Assembly (NCBI GenBank): GCA_021804095.1
Contig: JAJZKQ010000001.1
Coordinates: 17,993-81,992, forward strand
Source of the DNA: Candidatus Micrarchaeota archaeon
GTDB lineage: Archaea; Micrarchaeota; Micrarchaeia; Micrarchaeales; CABMGC01
Length of the DNA stretch: 64,000 nucleotides
Direction: 5' to 3'
The translations under genes were made by a program, and so were the position numbers. Below the pieces are notes generated by a model. The model was not told the DNA's origin and made no database searches. It worked only from the letters and a program-made list of their open reading frames with translations. The first letter of the stretch is position 1. Each line of letters begins with the position of its first letter. Below are positions 49,872-58,585 of this stretch, piece by piece.

Positions 49872-50568
49872 TGTCTGTTTTGAGATAAAGTGTTTTTTAA
49901 ATAGGCATGTGGTGTATGCCTGCTGCCTTGAATCAGATAGGAGATCGGATAGGTTGACTATCATAAATATAAATAATGTTTTTCCATATCTCCTTGTGCT
50001 TCTGCAATGGCAAGTAATAAAGAGGGCAAAAACCTCGATATCAGAAAAAACTCCGATTATGTCTTGAGGCTTAGGAAGGCAAGAAGAATAGTAGGCTTAG
50101 TTATGGGAGTGAGCCTCAGCATTTTTATAATAATAGCGGCGCTCGCAGTGCTGAATGAGGGTGTCATCAACTTCCTACACATAATATACTCAATAAACCT
50201 CTATTATTATGGCGCTGCGTGTCTGTTTTGAGATAAAGTGTTTTTTAAATAGGCATGTGGTGTATGCCTGCTGCCTTGAATCAGATAGGAGATCGGATAG
50301 GTTGACTATCATAAATATAAATAATGTTTTTCCATATCTCCTTGTGCTTCTGCAATGGCAAGTAATAAAGAGGGCAAAAACCTCGATATCAGAAAAAACT
50401 CCGATTATGTCTTGAGGCTTAGGAAGGCAAGAAGAATAGTAGGCTTAGTTATGGGAGTGAGCCTCAGCATTTTTATAATAATAGCGGCGCTCGCAGTGCT
50501 GAATGAGGGTGTCATCAACTTCCTACACATAATATACTCAATAAACCTCTATTATTATGGCGCTGCGT
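49872..50568. repeat. Exact 348-bp tandem duplication
   Basis: 49872-50220 appears identical to 50220-50568; yields truncated copy 50007-50231 of the downstream gene. Confidence 0.92.
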
Positions 50569-51398
50569 TTGTTGTCTTGTTTGCAGGTTATCTTCTACGT
50601 TTTCCTAAATGGGAAAGATATCTGAAATCTCTTAAAATCAAGATAAGAAGATGGGATAATTTCATAATATACCTTTCAATGTATTCGATGGACATAACCC
50701 CGGGAAGATGGGGAAGGGGAGTGGTTTCTTATACAATAAACAGGCTTACTGGGAGCAGGTTTGCAGTTACATTCCCCGCGGTAGTCGCAGACATATTTAC
50801 AGATTTTGTGGGCTTCGGGGCCGTTGCGATATTTTTTGCTTTTTTTGTGCATAGATATTTTGTGCTCTCTGTTGTGATAACAGGCATACTTCTCCTTCCT
50901 TTCCTCTTTTTGTATTACAAACGGCCATTCGACTATATGAGGAAGAAGCTTTCGAGATTTCGTTTTCTCAGAAGTTTCTGGAATGTCGGGGAACTCTATT
51001 TTAAGGAGAATAATAAACTAGGAAAGTTTGACTATCTGTATTCAATGATATTTACCATACCCTCGGTGATCCTGAACGGTATTGCTCTCTTTTTTGTCAT
51101 ACTTGCTTTTGGCATACACCTTCAGATTGGGGAACTTCCTGTTGTAATATTCATATTCTCCTCTTCGCTTCTCTTCGGCATAATAACCGGAGCCCCGGCT
51201 ACGCTTGGGGTCACTGACGCCCTTCTTATAGGATATCTTGTATTTTTCTTTCCAAACTTGGGAATTACCTTCGGGGTCGCAGCGGCTATAACAATATTCT
51301 TCAGAATAGTAAGTGTCTGGTTTGTACAAGGCTTCGGTTCTGCTGCGCTTTTTTACAGCATGAGGCATTGGAAATTACCTAAAGCTCAAAGTTCATGA
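50355..51398 (+). CDS. Flippase-like (LPG synthase TM, UPF0104) membrane protein
   Basis: RFPKW, ITPGRWG, PATLGVTD, IFFR. Confidence 0.82.
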   Translation: MASNKEGKNLDIRKNSDYVLRLRKARRIVGLVMGVSLSIFIIIAALAVLNEGVINFLHIIYSINLYYYGAAFVVLFAGYLLRFPKWERYLKSLKIKIRRWDNFIIYLSMYSMDITPGRWGRGVVSYTINRLTGSRFAVTFPAVVADIFTDFVGFGAVAIFFAFFVHRYFVLSVVITGILLLPFLFLYYKRPFDYMRKKLSRFRFLRSFWNVGELYFKENNKLGKFDYLYSMIFTIPSVILNGIALFFVILAFGIHLQIGELPVVIFIFSSSLLFGIITGAPATLGVTDALLIGYLVFFFPNLGITFGVAAAITIFFRIVSVWFVQGFGSAALFYSMRHWKLPKAQSS

Positions 51399-52149
51399 CC
51401 AAGGCTTTCTCGGCGAAATTCATATCCGCGGGTATTATCAGGGCAGTTCTTTTGGAAGCTAGACGTTTTTCGAGACGTTGCAGTTTCAGATTTTCTGTTT
51501 CGGTATAGATGATGTTTTGGCTCTCTGTACCTATTTCACAGAGAATTATTATCTTTCTATTCCCTATAACTGTTGCGCCACGCTTCTCTTCTGCTTTTTT
51601 GATAAGGAGTATTGCATCAGCGTATGACATAGTCATGCCTGCGGAGGCGTCTACGTCAAGAAGCACAAGGGTGTGCTGGTTGTTTTCAAGGTTTCTTTTT
51701 ATCACATCGATAAATGAGACCGGTTTGTATTTGGAGCTCCAGAAGGGGACTGTTGTTGTTGGCCCGAACCGATATATGTCGAGTCCGCTCTCCCCGATGC
51801 CCGCAGTAAAGATAGAGGAGGAATGAATTGTCTGGGTTTCGGCCCCTAGCTTTCTTGCTGCCTCTATTATTATGTGGTGGGTTGTAGCTATAAGCGGGTC
51901 TCCGGGAACGAGGATGGCAAGGTTCGAATCCTTTGCAGGTTCTACTGTAATAGCAACATTGTCTTCCAGGCCTTTCCTGTCTATGGCGGTTATCTCCTTT
52001 CCTGATTCCTTTTCTAGAAAATCAAGATACCCGGATGGGAGAGGAAGAGTATAGCTCTCCATTAGTACAATGTTTGCGTCCCTTATGGCTTGGATGCCTT
52101 TGTAGGAGATATCCCCTATGTCTAAGCCAAGACCTATTATCGAAAGCAT
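51379..52149 (-). CDS. dph5: Diphthine synthase
   Basis: IGLGL, ESYT, GDPLIATTH, HTLVLLD. Confidence 0.95.
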   Translation of the reverse strand: MLSIIGLGLDIGDISYKGIQAIRDANIVLMESYTLPLPSGYLDFLEKESGKEITAIDRKGLEDNVAITVEPAKDSNLAILVPGDPLIATTHHIIIEAARKLGAETQTIHSSSIFTAGIGESGLDIYRFGPTTTVPFWSSKYKPVSFIDVIKRNLENNQHTLVLLDVDASAGMTMSYADAILLIKKAEEKRGATVIGNRKIIILCEIGTESQNIIYTETENLKLQRLEKRLASKRTALIIPADMNFAEKALVMNFEL

Positions 52150-52197
52150 GTTTATTGCCTTTTGAGTTTTAAAGAAATTGGAAGGAAATGAGAGAAT

Positions 52198-53148
52198 TCA
52201 GTCCCTTATTCCTCCTGCGGTTATCTTTATTACAACTTCGCCTTCTGGCATGTTTGGTGAATCTACAAGCCTTATTATCCTTTTGTCCTCTTTGCTCTTT
52301 CGCATGTATAGCCTGGTGGTTGCTGCGTGTGCTACTATATTTCCACCTACAGGCGTGGTCGGGTCCCCAAAAAGAATGCCTGGATTGTCCATAACCTGGT
52401 TTGTTATGTATACTGCCAGGTTGTGGTTGTCCGCAAGCTGTTGTAGTCTATGGATGTGGCTGTTTAGCTTCTGTTGCCGCTCACCCAAGGCTCCACGGCC
52501 CGGATATTCGGATCTGAAGAGAGACATTAGAGAATCTACTACTATTAGTTTTATGTTATGCTCTTTTATGAGCTTGTCTGCCTTTTCTATTGAAAGTATT
52601 TGTTGTTCTGTTGTTGTTGCCCTCACAACAAAGATATTTGCGAGCACCTCTTTGGGATCCATTGAAGATGCGCTGGCTATCGCTTCTATTCTCTCCGGTC
52701 TGAATGTGCCTTCTGTGTCTATGAATAAGACTCCTCCACCAAGGCCGCCGCTTTCTACAGGAAGCTGGGCATTTACAGTAAGCTGGAATCCCAGCTGGGT
52801 CTTGCCGGAAGCGAATTTTCCATAGGCCTCGGTTATGCCTTTGGCTTCAACTCCGCCGCCCAAGAGCTCGTTGAGCTCCTTGCAGTTGGTGGTTATCCTC
52901 CCTATGGTTTTCCTTTCATCATATAATGCTGAGCCCGTGCTGAATTCTAGGGTTGTGGCCTGCTTTGCTGCATCTACCGCTTTTTTAGCAGCTTCTACAC
53001 TCATGCCTACAAGTTCTGAGAGCTCATGCGGCGAAGCCACCCCTATTTTATCAAGGGTATCGTAGCCTGAGCTGCGAAGTTTCTCTGCTATTGTTGGCCC
53101 TACTCCTGGAAGGTCTTCGATTTCCTTTATGCTCTTTTCCTTGGCCAT
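52198..53148 (-). CDS. radA: DNA repair recombinase
   Basis: GKFASGKTQ, DTEGTFRPER, ERQQKL. Confidence 0.97.
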   Translation of the reverse strand: MAKEKSIKEIEDLPGVGPTIAEKLRSSGYDTLDKIGVASPHELSELVGMSVEAAKKAVDAAKQATTLEFSTGSALYDERKTIGRITTNCKELNELLGGGVEAKGITEAYGKFASGKTQLGFQLTVNAQLPVESGGLGGGVLFIDTEGTFRPERIEAIASASSMDPKEVLANIFVVRATTTEQQILSIEKADKLIKEHNIKLIVVDSLMSLFRSEYPGRGALGERQQKLNSHIHRLQQLADNHNLAVYITNQVMDNPGILFGDPTTPVGGNIVAHAATTRLYMRKSKEDKRIIRLVDSPNMPEGEVVIKITAGGIRD

Positions 53149-53353
53149 GAAATCACAATAGATGGTATTTATTATGTACCGAAAGTATAAATAAGGAATC
53201 AGTTATCATGTTTAAAAACAGGAAGAGGCCAGTACCACTTCGTGTACTGGCAAGGCGACCAGTTATACTCTTCCTCTGTAGAATTCGTAATATAATTAAG
53301 TAATACCAGGTTTATATAGCTTTTGGAATGTAAATTTGAATTTTAGTGATCTC

Positions 53354-54022
53354 ATGAAAACCCTTCTCACGCTTGATATGTTTGGGTTTTTTATTGCGTT
53401 GGTTATGGGTCTTCTTATCTTTGTTTTTGGAGGTGCCGTAGGTATCTGGTTTCTGCTCGTAATATTTTTGTTTTTGATTGTTTCCGCGCTTGTTACAAGG
53501 TTTAAGAAAAAGAGGAAGATAGCCATGAAGACATACGAACATTCACGCAACTGGAGAAATGTCCTTGCAAATGGTATGGTCCCTTTGATTATATCCTTTC
53601 TTTATTTCTTAAACGAGCATATGAGCTTCGTGGGGGCTGAGATGCTTGTGGTAGCTTATGTTGCAAGCGTAGCCGCAATAACTGCTGATAAATTTTCTAG
53701 CGAGGTGGGCATACTGGACAATCGGGTTTTTGATATCCTCACGCTGAAGAGGATCAGGCCGGGCAAATCTGGGGGCGTTTCGTTGCTGGGTCTTGCTGCC
53801 GGTGCGCTGGGATCTTTTATAATAAGCGTTGTGCTTTTTTCCTTCAGTAAGGGCATTTTGCTACTATCCATAGTCTTGGTGGCAGGGCTTGTGGGAGACA
53901 TAGGCGATTCTGTACTAGGATATTTTGAAGAGAGAGGCTTTGGAAATAAATATACCTCTAATTTTGTATGTGCGGCCGTTGGTGCAGCAGTAGGAATTGC
54001 CTTGGTTTCTCTTATTCTTTGA
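53354..54022 (+). CDS. DUF92/TMEM19 membrane protein
   Basis: RNWRNVLANG, ADKFSSEVG, PGKSGGVS. Confidence 0.9.
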   Translation: MKTLLTLDMFGFFIALVMGLLIFVFGGAVGIWFLLVIFLFLIVSALVTRFKKKRKIAMKTYEHSRNWRNVLANGMVPLIISFLYFLNEHMSFVGAEMLVVAYVASVAAITADKFSSEVGILDNRVFDILTLKRIRPGKSGGVSLLGLAAGALGSFIISVVLFSFSKGILLLSIVLVAGLVGDIGDSVLGYFEERGFGNKYTSNFVCAAVGAAVGIALVSLIL

Positions 54023-54036
54023 GCCTCGCTTTCTCT

Positions 54037-54810
54037 TTATCTTATATAGGTAAACATGTCGTTTGATGGCTTGCCTCCTGGCTGGCCTTCTTGTGAGGAT
54101 TTTGAAATGTTTTCTATATCGCCGATTATTTTTTCTGTCTCTGCCTTTATCTTTTCAAGGTTTTCAAGGTTTATATCTATGTTTATTATCTTTTTTACTA
54201 CTTCCAGCACTGCCTTTGCCGCGTTTGCGTCTATTTCCAGCATGCTTGATTCTCCCATTATGCATGCCGATTCAATCTCGTACTTTTTTGACATGGCTGG
54301 GATGAGGCCTGCCGAACCCCATATGGTACCACCCACTTCGCCAAAGGAGACACCCTGTTTTGAGAGGCTCTGGATCAGGGCTTTGCTGTTTGATACTCCG
54401 AAGACTCTGGGTTTTTGGACGTATTGTGCGCCCATGCTGTACCCTCCTATCGTATATGCCGTCTTTCCTCCCAAGGACTTGAAGAATTTTATTATTTTTT
54501 CGTTTACGGAATATTGTCCTCTTGGAGAGGTCGCCTGAACATCTCCCAGAAGGAGTATTATGCTTCTTCCGCTCTTGTTTTTGAAATGGTAGAATCTGTT
54601 GCTAACCATTCTCACGCCGCCTTTTCTGCCCATTATTACATGGTGTGGAAAGAATGGAGAGTATAGTGTTGCGACCTTTGTAGCGTCTGTTTCGTTCCGA
54701 ATGTGCTCTCCTACAAGGCTGCCTACGTTTCCGATTCCGGGAAGGCCTACAACGAGGATCGGGTTTTTGAATTTGAGATTCTTTTTATAATATATTGTTG
54801 TTTTGTTCAT
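54037..54810 (-). CDS. Proteasome assembly chaperone (PAC2 family)
   Basis: GLPGIGNVG, GDVQ, IGGY; operon context. Confidence 0.88.
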   Translation of the reverse strand: MNKTTIYYKKNLKFKNPILVVGLPGIGNVGSLVGEHIRNETDATKVATLYSPFFPHHVIMGRKGGVRMVSNRFYHFKNKSGRSIILLLGDVQATSPRGQYSVNEKIIKFFKSLGGKTAYTIGGYSMGAQYVQKPRVFGVSNSKALIQSLSKQGVSFGEVGGTIWGSAGLIPAMSKKYEIESACIMGESSMLEIDANAAKAVLEVVKKIINIDINLENLEKIKAETEKIIGDIENISKSSQEGQPGGKPSNDMFTYIR

Positions 54811-54814
54811 TTAG

Positions 54815-55570
54815 TCATGCCTTGTCGCTTTTTATGGTGTAGGAAAGGTTTTTCTGTTTCTCCAGCAGGCGCTGCGCTTCTTTTATTCTGCTTTCGGCTT
54901 TCGGGTAGTCGCTGTCCTCCGAGGTAAGCCTATACCTGGGAGCTCCGAGGTAGAGAACCCCTACCCCTTTGTTCTTTATTTCTTCGAGTGTTTTTTTTAT
55001 CTGGGTTATCCCTGTTTTTTCGTCAACAGATCTGAGCTCTATAGTGTATGAAACTTCGTAGCGTTTTGGTTTGATGTTTTTGCTTACTATTTCGGCGAGA
55101 GCGGTCTCGAGTGGCTTGTTCTTTATTACCGAAGACACGTCTCGCTTGTCTATGAACATTTGGATGATTTCGGTATAGGTGTTTACTTTTGAAGAGAGTT
55201 CCTTTATTATCTCTGCTTTTTTTGGGTTAAGTTTTGTGGCTATTATTGCCTGTTCGAAAAGCTTTTCGTATCTTTTTTCTAGATTGTATTCGTTCAATTT
55301 GTCGTTCTTTTCTTTTGTAGTTACTTTTTTGAAGGAGATATCCACGGCTCTTTTGTTCCTGTCTATTGTTATTACGCGTCCTACCTCTTTCTGGCCTTCT
55401 TTTATGAATTCGTGGATGTTTTTTATCCACCCGGAAGCTATCTCGGATATTGGAAGATATGCGTCTATGTCATATTCTAAGAGCTGACAGTAGGCCCCGT
55501 GTGGCATTATTTTGCTTATTTTTACTAAAACAAGCTCTCTTTCGTCTGGGAGTTCTTTTTTAATAAGCAT
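54815..55570 (-). CDS. eif2a: Translation initiation factor 2 alpha
   Basis: S1 domain, ISEIASGWIKN, GAPRY. Confidence 0.94.
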   Translation of the reverse strand: MLIKKELPDERELVLVKISKIMPHGAYCQLLEYDIDAYLPISEIASGWIKNIHEFIKEGQKEVGRVITIDRNKRAVDISFKKVTTKEKNDKLNEYNLEKRYEKLFEQAIIATKLNPKKAEIIKELSSKVNTYTEIIQMFIDKRDVSSVIKNKPLETALAEIVSKNIKPKRYEVSYTIELRSVDEKTGITQIKKTLEEIKNKGVGVLYLGAPRYRLTSEDSDYPKAESRIKEAQRLLEKQKNLSYTIKSDKA

Positions 55571-55571
55571 T

Positions 55572-55856
55572 TTATCTTGCTTTTATTTCTATTTTCTTTT
55601 TTGTTCTTCCTCCAAAAACCCTTTCTACTGATTTTTTACATTTTGAGCATTCTAAGACAACTTTCTGCCTCTTGCCTAGCTTTTTAGGATGGATTTTAGG
55701 TTCTATGCTGCCGACATAGCCTTTTATTACCCTGTTGTGCCTTCTTGTGGCTTTGCCCAGGCCCCGCTGCTTGCCTTTAGATGCTATTTTTGCAGTATGG
55801 AGCGTGTGCTCGTTGCAGTATGGACAGTAGATGTTGATTTCTCTTCTTATTTTCAT
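55572..55856 (-). CDS. rpl44e: Ribosomal protein eL42 (L44e)
   Basis: YCPYCNEHT, CSKC. Confidence 0.93.
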   Translation of the reverse strand: MKIRREINIYCPYCNEHTLHTAKIASKGKQRGLGKATRRHNRVIKGYVGSIEPKIHPKKLGKRQKVVLECSKCKKSVERVFGGRTKKKIEIKAR

Positions 55857-56329
55857 ACAATCACTTTTTCTCCTAGTTTGTTCTCTATTAAGAATTCTGT
55901 TTCTTTTTCACTTTCCGGGCTTATTATACTGTCTTTTACAAAAGGCCCTATCTTTTTGCCCTCCGGTGTTATCAGTTCGGGCATATCGGATGTTATTTTT
56001 ATCTTTGTCTTTTTATTTCCGGCTTTCTCTTCTTTAATTATATTGTTTATACGTATATATAACCTTTCTTCTTCTTCGGGTATCTGTGCGGGGAGGTTCC
56101 TGCCATAGGCGATGTATGTGAGTATTTTCTGCAGGCGTTTTGCTTTTAGAGATTCTATAAGCCTGTCGTGGTTTTCCTTCTGTTTTCCGGCAGTTCCTGT
56201 TTCGGATTCTTCAGTTTCGATCTGGTTTTTACTATAGAAGTCTCTGCCAAGGGGAAGGAGTTCCCCTGTTCTGCGCTCTCTTTCTAATACTGCAAATATT
56301 TCCTCAGTTGAAACAGAATCACCCAACAT
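55853..56329 (-). CDS. GINS subunit (Gins51-like)
   Basis: ERR..EL..L..DFY, GPF B-domain; upstream of rpl44e. Confidence 0.75.
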   Translation of the reverse strand: MLGDSVSTEEIFAVLERERRTGELLPLGRDFYSKNQIETEESETGTAGKQKENHDRLIESLKAKRLQKILTYIAYGRNLPAQIPEEEERLYIRINNIIKEEKAGNKKTKIKITSDMPELITPEGKKIGPFVKDSIISPESEKETEFLIENKLGEKVIV

Positions 56330-56336
56330 ACCATAT

Positions 56337-56449
56337 ACCCTGTATTTCCACTATTATTTAACAGGATCTTTTCTCAAATATAACTCTGTTATCAGAATAT
56401 ACTAATTACATATTATATAAAAAGAAAACAAATAGTGGAAATGTGGGGT
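56337..56449. other. Candidate replication origin: inverted ORB-like boxes flanking AT-rich core
   Basis: ACCCTGTATTTCCACTATT ... AATAGTGGAAATGTGGGGT; strand skew flips here. Confidence 0.55.
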
Positions 56450-56514
56450 CCAGGTTGTCTTTTTTAATAATATTTTAATATAGTGAAATAGTCTCTTGAC
56501 AATGTAGGTCTGTA

Positions 56515-56589
56515 TAGCGGGGAGTGGATTTGAACCACCGTTCTCTGGGTTATGAGCCCAGCGGGCACTCCGAGCTACCCTACCCCGCT
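56515..56589 (-). tRNA. Initiator tRNA-Met(CAT)
   Basis: A1:U72, GGG/CCC anticodon stem, loop CTCATAA. Confidence 0.95.
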
Positions 56590-56601
56590 ACTGATTCAGT
56601 T

Positions 56602-57312
56602 TTAGGTTTTTATAAGTTCTTCTGCTGCTTTTCTTGTTATTGCTTCTAAATTCTTACCACAGTTGCATTTAAAACTCTTCTCATATGCAATATCAAAAGG
56701 ATAGACTAGGCTCTGTTGTTTAGAACAAACAACACAGACAAAAAAATCATTACAGCCTTCCGGAAGAGGACTACCCCTGCTTTCTGTTTTCTTGTTCAGC
56801 GTCTTATAAAAATCTGAGAAGGCCACATAATCGACATGCCACTCGAAGGTAAGCCATCCTGTGTTGTCTCTCTTAACATCATACCTTACAATTCCATGCC
56901 TATTTAGTAGATTTAACGACCTTCTAACCTCATTTAACTTAATTTCCGCCTTTTCTGCGAGGGCTTCGTCCTTCTGAGGTCCCTCCAAAAGCCTTTTAAG
57001 AAGGCCATTCGCCTGGCTCCCTATATTTTTAGATATATAATCTACAAAAACCTCATCGCACATGGCGTTTTCTACAATTGAAAGTATCTCTTGAGGAGGC
57101 ATCTTGAATTCGCTGGCCTTTCCTCCCGCCTGATCACTACCACGCTTTTCTTTATGTGATATATGAACTGATTTCGCTATTCTCGAAGCGCTCTCCGTTG
57201 TCTTTGTTTTTATGGGTTTTTTAATTTCGAGAGCCTTCTTCTTTCCCGCGCTAGTTTTTCCTGACGGTAATTTCTTGCCTTTTTTCCCCTTTAACTCTAT
57301 TTTTTTAGACAT
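56602..57312 (-). CDS. tfe: Transcription factor E alpha with basic N-terminal extension
   Basis: DE.LA, EVRR.L, GWLTFEW, CVVC...CNCG. Confidence 0.85.
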   Translation of the reverse strand: MSKKIELKGKKGKKLPSGKTSAGKKKALEIKKPIKTKTTESASRIAKSVHISHKEKRGSDQAGGKASEFKMPPQEILSIVENAMCDEVFVDYISKNIGSQANGLLKRLLEGPQKDEALAEKAEIKLNEVRRSLNLLNRHGIVRYDVKRDNTGWLTFEWHVDYVAFSDFYKTLNKKTESRGSPLPEGCNDFFVCVVCSKQQSLVYPFDIAYEKSFKCNCGKNLEAITRKAAEELIKT

Positions 57313-57602
57313 ATTTATCGACCCAGAACAAAACGCAAACAGAGAAAACCTGTTTATAAACATATATTATGTTATTTAGGTATATATACCTTATCCAAAA
57401 CGCGTCCCTATAGTTAAGTCTATCAGCGTGAACACCAAACACCATACGCCTGTCGTTGGGTGCACGCCACACCCCGCAGTTTTCTTGGTGTTTGGAATGT
57501 TCTATAACACCACACCGCAGGGCAGCCAACCACAAGGAATTCCAAACCCACAAAACATGCGAAAAAGATATATCCATAAGCAACGTAGCATTCTATGTTG
57601 GT

Positions 57603-58064
57603 ATGTCAATAAAATACTGGGAATTCGAAGACGCTCCCCTCAGGGAAAAGCTAAAAAACCCAAGCGTCAAGGAGATAGCCAAAATATATTTTGACAACGA
57701 AACGAAGGCATACCGCTTTGCCCTAGCTCTTGACTCGGTAAAACACGCGAAAGAACTCAGGCTAAAGGACTGTTCCACCCAGCTTCCCATTCCAACCTGG
57801 AAGCGTTATCTCGATTATGGGGTATCTGTGGGTCTTTTAAAACACGAAAATAACACATACAGTTTTACAGACAGATACTCCCGTCCTCTAAAGAACATAT
57901 CTACCTATATAAAAGCCTGGGTAGAAACGGACACCAACGAGGACCTTAATATAATATTTGCAAACGCTAAAACTGAAAAACAGAAACCAAGAACAAGCAA
58001 AAAAACAGACGGACAAGCACAAAACGCAAATAGCGAAAGCACGGAACAAAACAGGCAGGCATAA
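57603..58064 (+). CDS. Hypothetical wHTH-like protein
   Basis: TWKRYLDYGVSVGLL...YSF. Confidence 0.65.
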   Translation: MSIKYWEFEDAPLREKLKNPSVKEIAKIYFDNETKAYRFALALDSVKHAKELRLKDCSTQLPIPTWKRYLDYGVSVGLLKHENNTYSFTDRYSRPLKNISTYIKAWVETDTNEDLNIIFANAKTEKQKPRTSKKTDGQAQNANSESTEQNRQA

Positions 58065-58114
58065 CGGTTATTAATAATTATCCTGCCAAACTCTAATATC
58101 GAAACAGTGATCTT

Positions 58115-58585
58115 CTGGGACTAAGTGAAGCTGAACTCATAGAAAAAGAACTTACAATAAGGAACCTAAGGCTCAGCCGTGAAGCGGTAGAAACCCGAAG
58201 GTCAGCAGTACGATGGCTCGCACTCTCTCTAGGGATCATAAACTCCGGCGAATCAAGAATGGGATCTCTTGCGGTCTTGGACTCCATGGTATACTTCCAG
58301 TTTATCAGGAAACAAGATCCCACAGTAAAAGAGATGTCAGAATATATAGGCAAAAACTGGAAGCCGATAAATGAGAAAACACTTAGATATCATCTCTTAC
58401 GCATGAAAAAAATGGGCTTTCTTGAAAACGGGGAAGGAAAATTCAGTTTCAAACATCCAGCAGCCGGAGACCGGTTTGATGCATATAACTGGTCTTCCAG
58501 TATTTTTGATTCGTTTTACAAGGAAGTATCCGCAAAAATAGGGGAAGTTGTGAAAGAGATAAAAAACAAGAACGCAGTGATATGA
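58115..58585 (+). CDS. wHTH protein, probable CTG start
   Basis: Frame open from 58097; TRRSAVRWLALSLG...GESR lies upstream of the track ATG; TLRYHL..M..MG. Confidence 0.65.
   Translation: MGLSEAELIEKELTIRNLRLSREAVETRRSAVRWLALSLGIINSGESRMGSLAVLDSMVYFQFIRKQDPTVKEMSEYIGKNWKPINEKTLRYHLLRMKKMGFLENGEGKFSFKHPAAGDRFDAYNWSSSIFDSFYKEVSAKIGEVVKEIKNKNAVI

Noticed and set aside
57350..57377. dif-like site (right arm TTATGTTATTT)
   Set aside because: Left arm/spacer register is off, it overlaps the AT-rich tfe promoter, and it lies ~0.8 kb beyond the skew flip
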